DNA of 64,000 bases, taken from the NCBI GenBank assembly GCA_002269645.1, contig NIVC01003840.1, positions 1 through 64,000 on the forward strand, written 5' to 3'. Shown one piece after another: positions 1 to 11,354 of this stretch (positions within the stretch are counted from its first letter, which is position 1; every line of letters starts with the position of its first letter). A program made the translations under genes and the position numbers. Origin of the DNA: Macrostomum lignano. Taxonomy: Eukaryota. The notes under the pieces were generated by a model. It was given only the letters and a program-made list of their open reading frames with translations. It was not told the origin of the DNA and did no database searches.

Positions 1-1640
1 CTAAATTCGTCAATAAAAATGTAGCGCACACTTTCCATGCTCTTGCATCTCCATTAGGGATTTCTTGCCAACACCAGCACTAAAATTTACATTCAATTTC
101 AAAGCCGAGTGCAAAGTTTCGCCTGCAATATTGAAAGCGGCTACGCCTGTTGATGCCATAATTCTGCATCTTGATTCTCCAATCAACCGACGCAATGTAG
201 AAATCAAGTAGCTTTTTCCAGTTCCAGCGCTACCATACAAATTGCTTTGAGAGGCTCCGGCTTTTCGCCTTGGTTTTCTTCGGCTAGTCTTGAAAGCTGC
301 AAATGACTTTCAATTAGGTTGTACATTTCTCGCTGCCGAACATTAAGCGATTCAACACTGTTTATCGGCATGTCAGCGACCTCTCTTGCGCCAAGTTTTA
401 GGTCGCTACTTAAAAACGCCTTTGCTTCTCCAACCGTTGGAAACTGGCCGCCACTAGCTGCGCTCCAGTCAAAATTTTCTGGCGGCTTTGGCAATTGATC
501 TTCTGGACAGGCCAATAGATTTCTCTCGCGATGAAGTGCCCCCACTGCAACCATCCAATCTTCTTGCTCTTCGTGCTCATAAGTTGGCTGAGCAGCAGAT
601 TGCGCATTTGCGTTGGTCATTTCGGGTAGCTCCGCAACTGCTTCGACTTCTTCGTCAGCTTCGTCGTTGCGCAAATCGTCCAAATTGGGCAGCTGCAGCT
701 CGCATCGATTCTCAGCAGGCATGGCTTCGTACGCTTGCTGCCAGCTTGTGTGCAAACCTTTGGCTTCTCGCTCATTTCGCCAACAACTGTACAACAAAAC
801 CTGCTGCGATAATAGCCTTCGCGTCTTTCGTCTGATTGCTCATTCGGTCGAAAAAATGGACTGATTAGCAAAACTACTTGTTTCGGCCTTTTTGTGCACC
901 TCCCATTAGGGCTGAGACAGTAGTCGGAAAAGAAACGAAACATTGTTACATTTTCCAAATTCTTTGCACGCTTTGAATACTTGTCGCAACTATTCCTGCA
1001 AACACCCTTTTCCTCCACTGCGCGGGTTTCGCCAGTCTGAACAAAAACAAATTCTCGCGAACCCTTGTACATTGACGTCTGCAATAGCAAATGCATTGCC
1101 TCTTGCGCCGAATAATCACGCGCTCCAACTTGCGCCATCAAGTGTTGTTGTACAACACGCCTTGCAGTGTTGCTACGCTGAAAATTGTTATCGGCATTCT
1201 GTTCTGCATTATCTTCCAACTCCTTATGAAGACGCTTTGTCAGCTCCGCCATATAATCCGACTCCTTTTCGCTTTTTGTCGCATACTTGATCAAATAGCG
1301 AATCAAATTCTTCACGGACGAAATCATTTGAACATCGACATTGGCTCTCCACATGCACAGCAACTGCGGACTGTGAGAAATCATTCGCTCGTCGTTGCGC
1401 TGCGTCTCAACTTGCCAATTTAAACGGGATACTCGCTTTGCAACAGTCTTTTCCTGCGGCTCGCGCGGATACTTGAATCGGCACTCTTGTTTGCCTTTTA
1501 CTGTTCGCAAGCACTTTTTACTGCAAATAGTGTGCCTCTCTGTCAAATGCGAAATTAACTGCAAATCTTGCTTGTCATTTTCAATCTCTTCCGGTTTCAG
1601 TTGAGCTGGATGACCTTGACCTGCTAAACTGCCATTCAAA
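1..1640 (-). CDS. C-terminal half of Rep and start of the Pif1 helicase, split across three frames
   Basis: ORFs 617-1681 (YLIKYATK, RDYSAQEA), 204-797 (LNVRQREMY) and 10-240 (GSAGTGKS) continue one Rep/Hel polyprotein. Confidence 0.9.
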
Positions 1641-4600
1641 CTTGATTTCCATAATCCGATTCGTCCATGGCCAAATTCCAACTACAGATGTACTTGTCAA
1701 CAAAGCTCGTCAATTCTTCTGCATTCAATGTATTCGATGTCACATCAACACCATCTGGCATCCAAATGCAACCGTGAACGTGTGGACTTCCGCGACTCTG
1801 ATATATGCGAAACCAATAATCGTTTACTTTCCAGTGCTCGACCAAAAAACGTTTCAAACATGTTTCAAATCGCAACCAAAACACAGTGTCTGCCATTCCG
1901 GGATCTTTTTGCAACTTTGACAACATTTCTGCTCTTAGTTCTACATTGCTTTCATATTGCTCTGCATCGATTCCCCAGGCATGCTGCAACTCTGGCCAAT
2001 GTACATCTGCTGCCGATAGTGTCACGAAAAAATGAGGAACACCAAGCGTTCGAATCATGGCTTCCAATTGCCGTCCTTTACTCTGCCAATAAGCGCTTGT
2101 GCCTCGCAAATCTGATGCTCGAACTGACACGCTAGCCAATACTGCCGGGTCATTTAGTGCTTCAATCATTTCCTTGGCACTTAATCCAGCATACTTGTTG
2201 TCGTGTACAAACACGCGACCAACTTCCAGCGCCCTCCAACGCATCACCATATTTTCAATGTAAAATTTAAACCGCAAATCGGTACGAAATCTTGGACACC
2301 GGAATTGCATCAAATGCTTTGCATAGTCGCCCAAACTTAGTCCAAAATTACGTGGCGTACTATAATCTCCTGCTCCATCCGGAAAGAGATGAGGATAAGC
2401 CAATGTAAAATATCCTTCATCCTGAAATTCGTTTACCGGCTCGTTGCTTCTTGCTGGCCATTTCAATTTTTCACTCAAAAATTTGTCTCGTACTGCCGAT
2501 TCCAATCGACGCAAAGGAGTCTCCAACAGCGAACTAATTGTTTCCTCGAGCTCGTTCGTCTCGTCCGCATTTTTTTCTACTTGTTGCTGCAATCGCTCAG
2601 CTCTGGCTGAGCCGCCTTCTTGCTGTGCCGCCTCGAAATTCACTTCATTGTCAGACTGCATTTCGACAATCATACCTTCTACTTGATGAGCATAACCATC
2701 TTCAGGCAGATGTAGCAACGCATCATTATTCATTGAAACCTGATACTGTCTAAAGTACTTGTTGTTTGCCATTAAATAGCGCATCGCATTAGTCACTTTG
2801 TCGCGTCGAACTCGCAAATTGTTCATTGTGCCGCTTTGCGCTTCTCCAGGCTGAACACGGGCTCTTTCGTCGTACATTAAAACAACTGGCAGAGATCGTC
2901 TTGGCAGCTCTCGCAAAACGTGCGACTGATCTTGAGGCAACATGATTCCGTGTCCTCTCGATTTTGTTTGCTTTTGGGGAAAAATTTGTACCACAACAAT
3001 AACCGACAAAACTGGCGAAATCAACATTTGCTCTGCTACACTCAAATCTTGCAAATCTTCTGGCTGCTCCAACATCGGAATCGCATTGTTTTCTTGGCTA
3101 AACGATTTCGGCTCATTGTCATCTCTGAAACAACGATCGCACATGTCTTCAGAATCGATGCTAAAATATTTTCCAGGAAACTTTTCCCTACACACGTAGC
3201 ACTGTTTCAAATGTGATACTTTTGTTATGTTTTCATTGAAAAAGTCTTGCCTCATCTTTTTGAACTGGTCTGTGAACGGATTGCGAAGGCACTTTGGCAG
3301 ATTAGGATCTCCGATTTCATCTTCAACAATTGGAGCATCTTGAGCGCTCTCTTCTGAAGTGCTGCTCTGCGGAACATTTTCTTTAGCTGGCTGCTGCTCC
3401 ATTGTAGGCCGCTTTCTGGGTGACGAACGGATCGCTTCATCAGGCTTCTCCTGAGTAGCACGTGTCTTTCGTGGTGATGAATACGTAGAAGTAGCTGGAA
3501 TATTATCAGACTGACGTTTATCTTGCTGCTCCTGCTGCAAAGGTGCCGTCTTCCTAGGCGACGATCGAACGGGTTCGCAGATATGATTTTCTGCGTTTGT
3601 CAATCTCTGTTTCCGTGGTAAAGAATTTGCATAGTTGACCACTTGCTGCTGGTTTTTCAAACGCTCGCTGCGACGAGTAGGAGCACTTGGTACAACGTCG
3701 CTCTTCTTTTCTCGACCTCTTCCTTTTTCCAAATGGCAAGAAACGCTTGAAACCGCCGAAACTGAGTCGCCACAACCGATGCAACTGCAACATGGTGCTC
3801 TCCGAGTGCGACTGCTTCTTCTCAATAAGCTCTGACCAGATACACTAGAGGCTGCAACAGACACAGACTCTAATGTGTTTGCTTTAGCGCTCAGTCGACT
3901 ACTCCGACGCGTAGCGCAACTTGCCTTCCCAACATCCTTTTTACGCCGACTGCGCCGCGGAACATTTGATGGCACGGACTCTGACACACGATCACTTTTA
4001 ACTGACTCTGACACATGCTCAATTTCAACTGACTCTGCGCTATCCTCCGCGTCAAGATCGACATTCCAATTCCAGACAGAGTTGTTCCGATCCCGAAGCA
4101 CTTCATATGAATTCGGATGCGCAAACAAACTCGTATTATTTTCCAAGGACTTTGCTTGATTTCTACAACGTCCCTTCCAATGCCTACTTTGAACTCGGGT
4201 CCAGTCTGCAACCTTTTCAAAAGGCGTCATTGGTGGAGCTGGAGGTGGCATCATTACAACAGGATCTTCGACAACATGAACATTCTCGTTGAGAGGGGGC
4301 ATTTCCACATTCTTGGCGCTCAAATCTCCTTGGCCAGTCGGCCGAACTGAGCTTGCTTCATTAACTTCCAAATCATTGACACGAACGATTTCGTAGTGTT
4401 GACTACCAGGATTAAACAACAATCGAATAGTAGCCAAACGTTCTCCAATATTCGGTCGGGAATAATGGCCAGGCCGCGCTAGATTAAGCATGTTTGACTG
4501 ATAAATAAACACTTCTAGCCGCAACAGTTCACCAATTAGTTCTGGAACTCCGCATGGCACGTACATACGGGGACGCCTTGTATCGTCGCGCACTTTTTCC

Positions 4601-4889
4601 CAATTCAGTCCTGTTTGCATAATTCTTTCCTGATTATTGACATCGCGATGCACCCATTGCTCGAATTCTGCAGCAACCGCATCTCGAAAATCTTCTACGC
4701 TTAGCGATTGATAGGCGGAAAAACCTGGCAGTTCTTGTAATTGTCTCAATATGGCCGTGAAAAAACAGTTGCCGTCACCTCGTACATTCTCAACGCGACA
4801 CGAAGAAAAAGGAACCCATACAGGTTGGACTTGTACAGCAGCAGTTACATGACCTTCGGCAAAATCCATTGCAGTAGCACCTGTTTCAT
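1636..4889 (-). CDS. Main exon, frame 1: OTU cysteine protease, basic low-complexity linker (SPRK repeats), Zn finger, N-terminal half of Rep
   Basis: 1089-aa ORF in the track; acceptor ttcttttacag ends at 4890; motifs GDGNCFF, FVTLSAAD..W.EL and RGSPHVH. Confidence 0.9.
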
Positions 4890-5074
4890 CTGTAAAAGAA
4901 TACAACTCTTAAACAGTGAGGTATGATAATTTTAAGGAATTGAGCATTAATTGTATTTTGCACAAGTCGTAAACACTAAAATCTAATTTTCAATATTCGC
5001 AAGCAAAGTCAGATGTAAGAAAGAAAATTAACTTGTACTATGCATAGAAATTCAATAAAAAATAAAACTCTCAC

Positions 5075-5446
5075 CAGCACTCAAGTAGCCTATAAGTTGC
5101 TCATTGTAAGCAGCACCAGAATTGGGCACTTCAGCATCACCTTCGACCACGGGGTATTCCGAAGCAGCCAGAGCGTCGGCCAGAGCAGCATCATGTTCAG
5201 CTAGCAGGGCAGCCAGACCAGCCTCGTCCAGCTTAATCACAGACTCAGTTTTAGCAGCAGCATCAGCAGAAGCACCAGCTTTAGTCCCAGCAGCGGCAAT
5301 AGAAGAGGCAGCAGCAGCTTCCGGTTGTACATCTGGCTCTTGAATCTGTTCTTCGCCAGCAGTTAAATCACCGACAGCAGCAACTTTAATATTATTCTTG
5401 GAGCGGCTCCAGTTTTTCTTCTTCGGCCGTCCGCACTTTTTCGCAC
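5075..5446 (-). CDS. Predicted exon 2 of the Helentron gene (AT-hook-like CGRPKKK, then an Ala/Glu-rich segment)
   Basis: Acceptor ttaaacag|GT at 5447; donor G|gtgaga at 5074; 372 nt open; phase 1 at both ends, matching the next acceptor. Confidence 0.7.
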
Positions 5447-5481
5447 CTGTTTAAAGTCACAGTAAAAAAGAAATTTATAAA

Positions 5482-6111
5482 TCTACCTATATATATATAT
5501 ATATATATATGTCTGTCCATCTATTTCGCTCTAGAGCGTGCCATTCTTGATCAATTTTGATAGCGTTTTTTCTAAACTATTGCAGATTTTGCACTGATTA
5601 TACAGTGGTCAAAATTTCTTAAATCTGCTCAAATTCTAAGGGTGTTAAACATTCGAAAATAGAGTTTCTATAATTATTTTAATGATCTGTCAAACAAGGT
5701 CAGATTCCAATTGAATTTATTCCCTTTGTCGAAACTATTCAGTCGAAACTACTCAGTCGAAACTATTGAGTTCACACTATTCAGTCAAAACTACTCAGTC
5801 AAGATTATTAAGTCTAAACTATTCAGTTGTAACTATTCAGTTGAAATTATTCTGTCTGTCAAAACTATTCAGGCGAAACTATTCAATCTAAACTATTGAG
5901 TGTGAACTATTGATTTGAGCTGCGTCAGTTAAGAGTTTGAAAAATTCACATTTTTAGACATCTGAAAAACACTTTTTTACAGAATTACCTGTGAACTATT
6001 CAGTGTGAGTTATAGTGTGAACAATTGAGATTTATTGTTTGGTAAATAAATTGTGTAGTGCAGGAACTTTTTAGTTTGTCTGTTGCCCAAATGGGCAGCC
6101 AAGAATGCTAG
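5482..6111 (+). mobile_element. Non-autonomous canonical Helitron (630 bp) nested in intron 1 of the Helentron gene
   Basis: Begins 5'-TC after an A; (TA)n near the 5' end; hairpin TGCCCA-AA-TGGGCA at 6084-6097; CTAG at 6108-6111 followed by T; no TSD; internal AAACTATTC-type short repeats at about 5730-5910. Confidence 0.72.
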
Positions 6112-6225
6112 TAAAAGCTGGTTTCCTAAGGTGTGAATATTAATAATAAAGGTAGGATTGCTTTGAAACTATTCCTGAAAGTAGCACCTATCACCTGCAA
6201 GTTGCAACAAATGTACAAAACTTAC

Positions 6226-6304
6226 TATTGGCAGCAACAGAAGAAGCACTTGTATCCTTGTTAATGCTAGTGTTGTCCTTGATGCTGTTTTTGTCGTTGC
6301 CCAT
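6226..6304 (-). CDS. Predicted first coding exon of the Helentron gene (MGNDKNSIKDNTSINKDTSASSVAAN)
   Basis: ATG at 6304, 5 nt after acceptor ttatttag; donor A|gtaagt at 6225 is phase 1 and matches exon 2. Confidence 0.6.
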
Positions 6305-7796
6305 CCTGTCTAAATAAACATGTTAGTAAATATTTCAGAATGATAAAGAAACTAATTAGCTAAACACAGAAAACATGCTACTCTTTACCAAGTTAACTCA
6401 ACTCTTTTCTGGTGGCAAATTTAGTTAAACTACGAACACTAGCACTGCTACTGGATTGTGGATTAATATGCTGCAGCATAATATACTGGCATATAGGCGG
6501 TGTGTGCCATGTAGTTTTTGTGCTTTCAACATTTTTTCTTGGATTTAGTGCATATTTTCTAGAGTTTTTTCAGGCATATTCCATGTTTTTGTACATGCTT
6601 CTAGGAATTCTATATCAGCAAAAAAACATCCCTTGGTAAAAATTCACCATAAACTAAGTGTCTAGCACTTTCAAGCATTGCTTGATATAAGGAGCATTGG
6701 CATGTATATATTGTCTAGCAAAAATGCTAAATTTATAATAAATTGAGCAGAATTTATAAAAAGTGTCCACAAACTTCTACCATTAAGCAGAGTACTACAG
6801 ATATTTGTACTATGCTAAACATATGAAGAAATAAAAAGAATACTTACTTCAAAACTAAAGTCTTAAGTCAAAATTATGCAAACAAAAGGAAAATTCAAGT
6901 TAAATTTGACTGATAACTACAAAATAAAATGTGAAAGGATGAGTACTTTTAAAAGATATATGTAAATATGACTATAATTTATAAAAATATGGAGCAAAAA
7001 GCAAAGCAGAGAAAAAAAATGTAAATATTTGGCAGAATACAATTAATTAGCTATAAAATAATATTAAAGTACTATACTTCAGTTATATTTCAAATAAAAT
7101 TTGAAGCTTACACTTACAGTGTAAAACTGATAACAATTGAATATATTACAATTAAAACTTGTACTTGTAGAATATAATATATTGTACAATAATTATATAT
7201 AATGTAGTAGGATACGAATAAATAGCGTAACAAAACCGAATATTATAGCTACAGATTGAAGCTTGAAAATATTTCAGATTTAGATAGCGTTTGCTTAGAT
7301 AAGTTGCTTTGAAAATTTGGGGTCAAATTTGTCCTACAGCAATAAACTACTGTTAACATAACCGATTTAAATTTAAATTTTTGTAGAAATTATAAGGAAC
7401 AGAACGACTGAAATGTACAGTTTAATTATTTCAAAATTAAATAATTTCGAATTCTATTTTACCTTATTGCTTTCTTCAATTAAATTTTGTTATACAATTT
7501 ATAAAATGCCTATTTTCAAAATATACCTCAAAAAGTAAGTTCAACAGCTTTAAAAATGCGCACGTTTTTACACTTCACGGCTCCAAAAAGTCACCATAGA
7601 AGATTTTTGCAGGACGCAAGACTTTTTACGTTACAAAATAGCACTTTTATGTGCATTTTTTATTCAGTTTCAAAAGGCTTTTTAGTTACCTATTTGGTAT
7701 TTTTTGTTTTAAAGATTTTTGCGAAATCAGGTCATTTTAACTTGTTACGAAACTGTGGACCCACACTTTTACGCAACGCAATGCGCATGATGTCAT

Positions 7797-8860
7797 CTTA
7801 AAGCACTTGCTAAATGCTATTTATTGACACTACACTGAAGGCCTGGCGTAGGATAGTTAATAAATGGCAGCGTGAAATATAGCAAAAAAACGCATAGTAC
7901 CGGAACCTCGTAATTCGGTAAAATGTTAATAGCGTCAAACTACGAATTTTCGCACACTAACGAAGATGGCAGTCATCTGTACGTGTTTACTGGGCACAAT
8001 AGTGCTCTTGGAAGCTAAGAACCTCATAGCGAAAATTAATATATTTTCCGCCCTATGTAGTGCTCAAATGGGTTGTTTTTGCACAAAATCACGTTTTTCG
8101 ATTTTGAGAGTCAATTAAAAATTTTTTTTGCAACTGACAGACGTGAATGTCACTTTTTCTGAGAGTATTCATCTAGATGTTTCTAATAAGTACTAATATG
8201 GGTCATTCTTATGCTTCACCTATCCTTAGTATAGGTACAAAGTCATTATTTCATTTCCAGCAAGTCACGTGACCTGGCCTGAGGTGTACAACGCATCGTG
8301 CAATGCCAGCGAACATACACTCAAATTAAAGCACTTTTTAAATGCTAACTATTGACACCACACTGAAGGCCTGGCGTAGCATCGTTAATAAATGGCAGCG
8401 TGAAATATAGCAAAAAAACGCATAACACCGGAACCTCGTAATTCGGTAAATGTTATTAGCGTAAAAATACGAATTTTCGCACACTAACGAAGATAGCAGT
8501 CATCTGTACGTGTTTACTGGGCACAATAGTGCTCTTGGAAGCTAAGAACCTCATAGCGAAAATCAATAAATTTTTCACCCTATGTGTGCTCATATAGGTT
8601 GTTTTTGCACAAAATCACGTTTTTCGATTTTAAAAGTCAATTATAACAAAATTTTGCAACTGACAGACGTGAATATCATTTTTTCTGACAGTAGTCATCT
8701 AGGTGTTTCTAATAAGTACAAATTTTGGTTCATTCTTACGCTTCACCTATCCTTAGTATAGGTACAAAGTCATTATTTCATTTCCAGCAAGTCACGTGAC
8801 CTGACCTGAGGTGTACAACGCATCGTGCAATGACAGCGAACATACATTCAAATTAAAGTA
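7797..8860. repeat. Two diverged ~530-bp tandem units (A1, A2)
   Basis: aagcactt..cactgaaggcctggcgtag..ggaacctcgtaattcggt..gtcacgtgacct recurs at about 7800 and 8330. Confidence 0.9.
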
Positions 8861-11262
8861 CATCTAAAATGTAGTTCAATGACACCAAGCGCGTCGCGCT
8901 CCGGTAATCCGCTCAAAAGTTACAGGCTAAAAAGTATGTTCGATATGCAAGCCCCCCGTACCGTCGTTAAAGTACATTTCTGTACCGGCAGCGACTTCAA
9001 TAAACTAAGACGAAATTTCAAAATATACATATTGTGCGCAATTTAGTTGTGCACCTTGCCTAAAAAGTCTGATTTTCCTAGCATGTCGTCGTTTCTTATT
9101 TTTTGTACATTTGTATCATGAAAAATACATAAAAATAGCCTAAATCACGTTTATCGACTTTAGCAGTGTATGGCTCAGAGTCAGTGCAACGAAACGGCTC
9201 AAAATGTATTATAAACATGTAGATCTTACCTAAATGACCGCATTCATGTACTTTTTAGAGTCTCGCAACAAGGTTGAATTTCCTTTATTTCGGTTCGAAT
9301 ACCTACCCGTCGAATATTCGAATGTAATTAACAGGTGCGAATGTACAGTTAAAGTGAGTATCTTGGTTAAAGTCGTGCGTCATGTAAGAGTCCCAGGTGC
9401 CATTGTTAGAATGACGCAGCTCAAAGGTCGCGCTGACGCGCGACCTTTGAGCTGCGTCAGTTGAAAGTTGATAAAAATGCGCATTTTTTGACACTTAAAA
9501 AACACACTTTTACAGAATTACCTATCAAGGTAAGCATTTAGCGGAAAATAACCAATCAGTGTCTTGAAGGTCTGAAAATTCGCCAAAAGTTGGGTTCAAT
9601 CAATTTTTGACTCCATATTGTGAATCCTTATTTTTTGAGATTCAAGATTTGGACGGGTCTAAAAAAAGTCACTTTTTTGTTGCCATGGCAACCAAGACGC
9701 GTTGCTATGGAACTTTCACGTCACACATCTTGTAGCCCTAAATGTTTTACGTCCATAGAGGGGTCACACATGGTTTCATCTCAAGTGGTTTTAACTCTGC
9801 ATCAATTTTATTTTCTAAAACGTTGATTTTACGTTGGGGGAGTCTCCGGGACATCTTATCTCGGTCTCGTTTGTCCGGAAAAATTGCCAACGAGGAGCGA
9901 AGCGAGCGAAGCGAGGTTGTTTTTGCACAAAATCACGTTTTTCGATTTTAAAAGTCAATTATAACAAAATTTTGCAACTGACAGACGTGAATATCATTTT
10001 TTCTGACAGTAGTCATCTAGGTGTTTCTAATAAGTACAAATTTTGGTTCATTCTTACGCTTCACCTATCCTTAGTATAGGTACAAAGTCATTATTTCATT
10101 TCCAGCAAGTCACGTGACCTGACCTGAGGTGTACAACGCATCGTGCAATGACAGCGAACATACATTCAAATTAAAGTACATCTAAAATGTAGTTCAATGA
10201 CACCAAGCGCGTCGCGCTCCGGTAATCCGCTCAAAAGTTACAGGCTAAAAAGTATGTTCGATATGCAAGCCCCCCGTACCGTCGTTAAAGTACATTTCTG
10301 TACCGGCAGCGACTTCAATAAACTAAGACGAAATTTCAAAATATACATATTGTGCGCAATTTAGTTGTGCACCTTGCCTAAAAAGTCTGATTTTCCTAGC
10401 ATGTCGTCGTTTCTTATTTTTTGTACATTTGTATCATGAAAAATACATAAAAATAGCCTAAATCACGTTTATCGACTTTAGCAGTGTATGGCTCAGAGTC
10501 AGTGCAACGAAACGGCTCAAAATGTATTATAAACATGTAGATCTTACCTAAATGACCGCATTCATGTACTTTTTAGAGTCTCGCAACAAGGTTGAATTTC
10601 CTTTATTTCGGTTCGAATACCTACCCGTCGAATATTCGAATGTAATTAACAGGTGCGAATGTACAGTTAAAGTGAGTATCTTGGTTAAAGTCGTGCGTCA
10701 TGTAAGAGTCCCAGGTGCCATTGTTAGAATGACGCAGCTCAAAGGTCGCGCTGACGCGCGACCTTTGAGCTGCGTCAGTTGAAAGTTGATAAAAATGCGC
10801 ATTTTTTGACACTTAAAAAACACACTTTTACAGAATTACCTATCAAGGTAAGCATTTAGCGGAAAATAACCAATCAGTGTCTTGAAGGTCTGAAAATTCG
10901 CCAAAAGTTGGGTTCAATCAATTTTTGACTCCATATTGTGAATCCTTATTTTTTGAGATTCAAGATTTGGACGGGTCTAAAAAAAGTCACTTTTTTGTTG
11001 CCATGGCAACCAAGACGCGTTGCTATGGAACTTTCACGTCACACATCTTGTAGCCCTAAATGTTTTACGTCCATAGAGGGGTCACACATGGTTTCATCTC
11101 AAGTGGTTTTAACTCTGCATCAATTTTATTTTCTAAAACGTTGATTTTACGTTGGGGGAGTCTCCGGGACATCTTATCTCGGTCTCGTTTGTCCGAAAAA
11201 ATTGCCAACGAGGAGCTACGCTCGCTTCGCTCGCTTCGCTCCTCGTTGGCAATTTTTCCGGA
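8598..11262. repeat. Near-perfect 1318-bp tandem duplication ending in a GC hairpin; probably a TE-derived unit
   Basis: Identical ORFs at 9234/10552, 9303/10621 and 9620/10938 (offset 1318); second copy starts at 9916; hairpin at 11192-11262. Confidence 0.95.
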
Positions 11263-11354
11263 CTGCACTTCGACCTAACTAGCTAATGTTAGTCAGCTTA
11301 AGTTGAACAGCTGCTGTAGCCCAACAACCGTTGCAAAGCACACCCAAAAGTCTC

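Larger units (their letters stand above)
1..6304 (-). mobile_element. Helentron/Helitron2-type rolling-circle transposon: spliced OTU-Rep-Pif1 helicase gene, continuing off the window start
   Basis: OTU motif VRGDGNCFF; C2C2 finger CYVC..CDRC. Rep motif 1 PHFFVTLSAADVHWPEL; motif 2 QSRGSPHVHG (GSPH is Helentron-like); RNDERM..WRANVD; motif 3 YLIKYATK. Pif1 Walker A GSAGTGKS plus STGVAAFNIAGETLHS. Predicted exons 6304-6226, 5446-5075 and 4889 onward join in phase 1. Frameshifts at about 1639, 797 and 240. Confidence 0.93.

Noticed and set aside
9234-11278. Duplicated 60-80 aa ORFs
   Set aside because: Chance ORFs in a duplicated non-coding unit; no motifs
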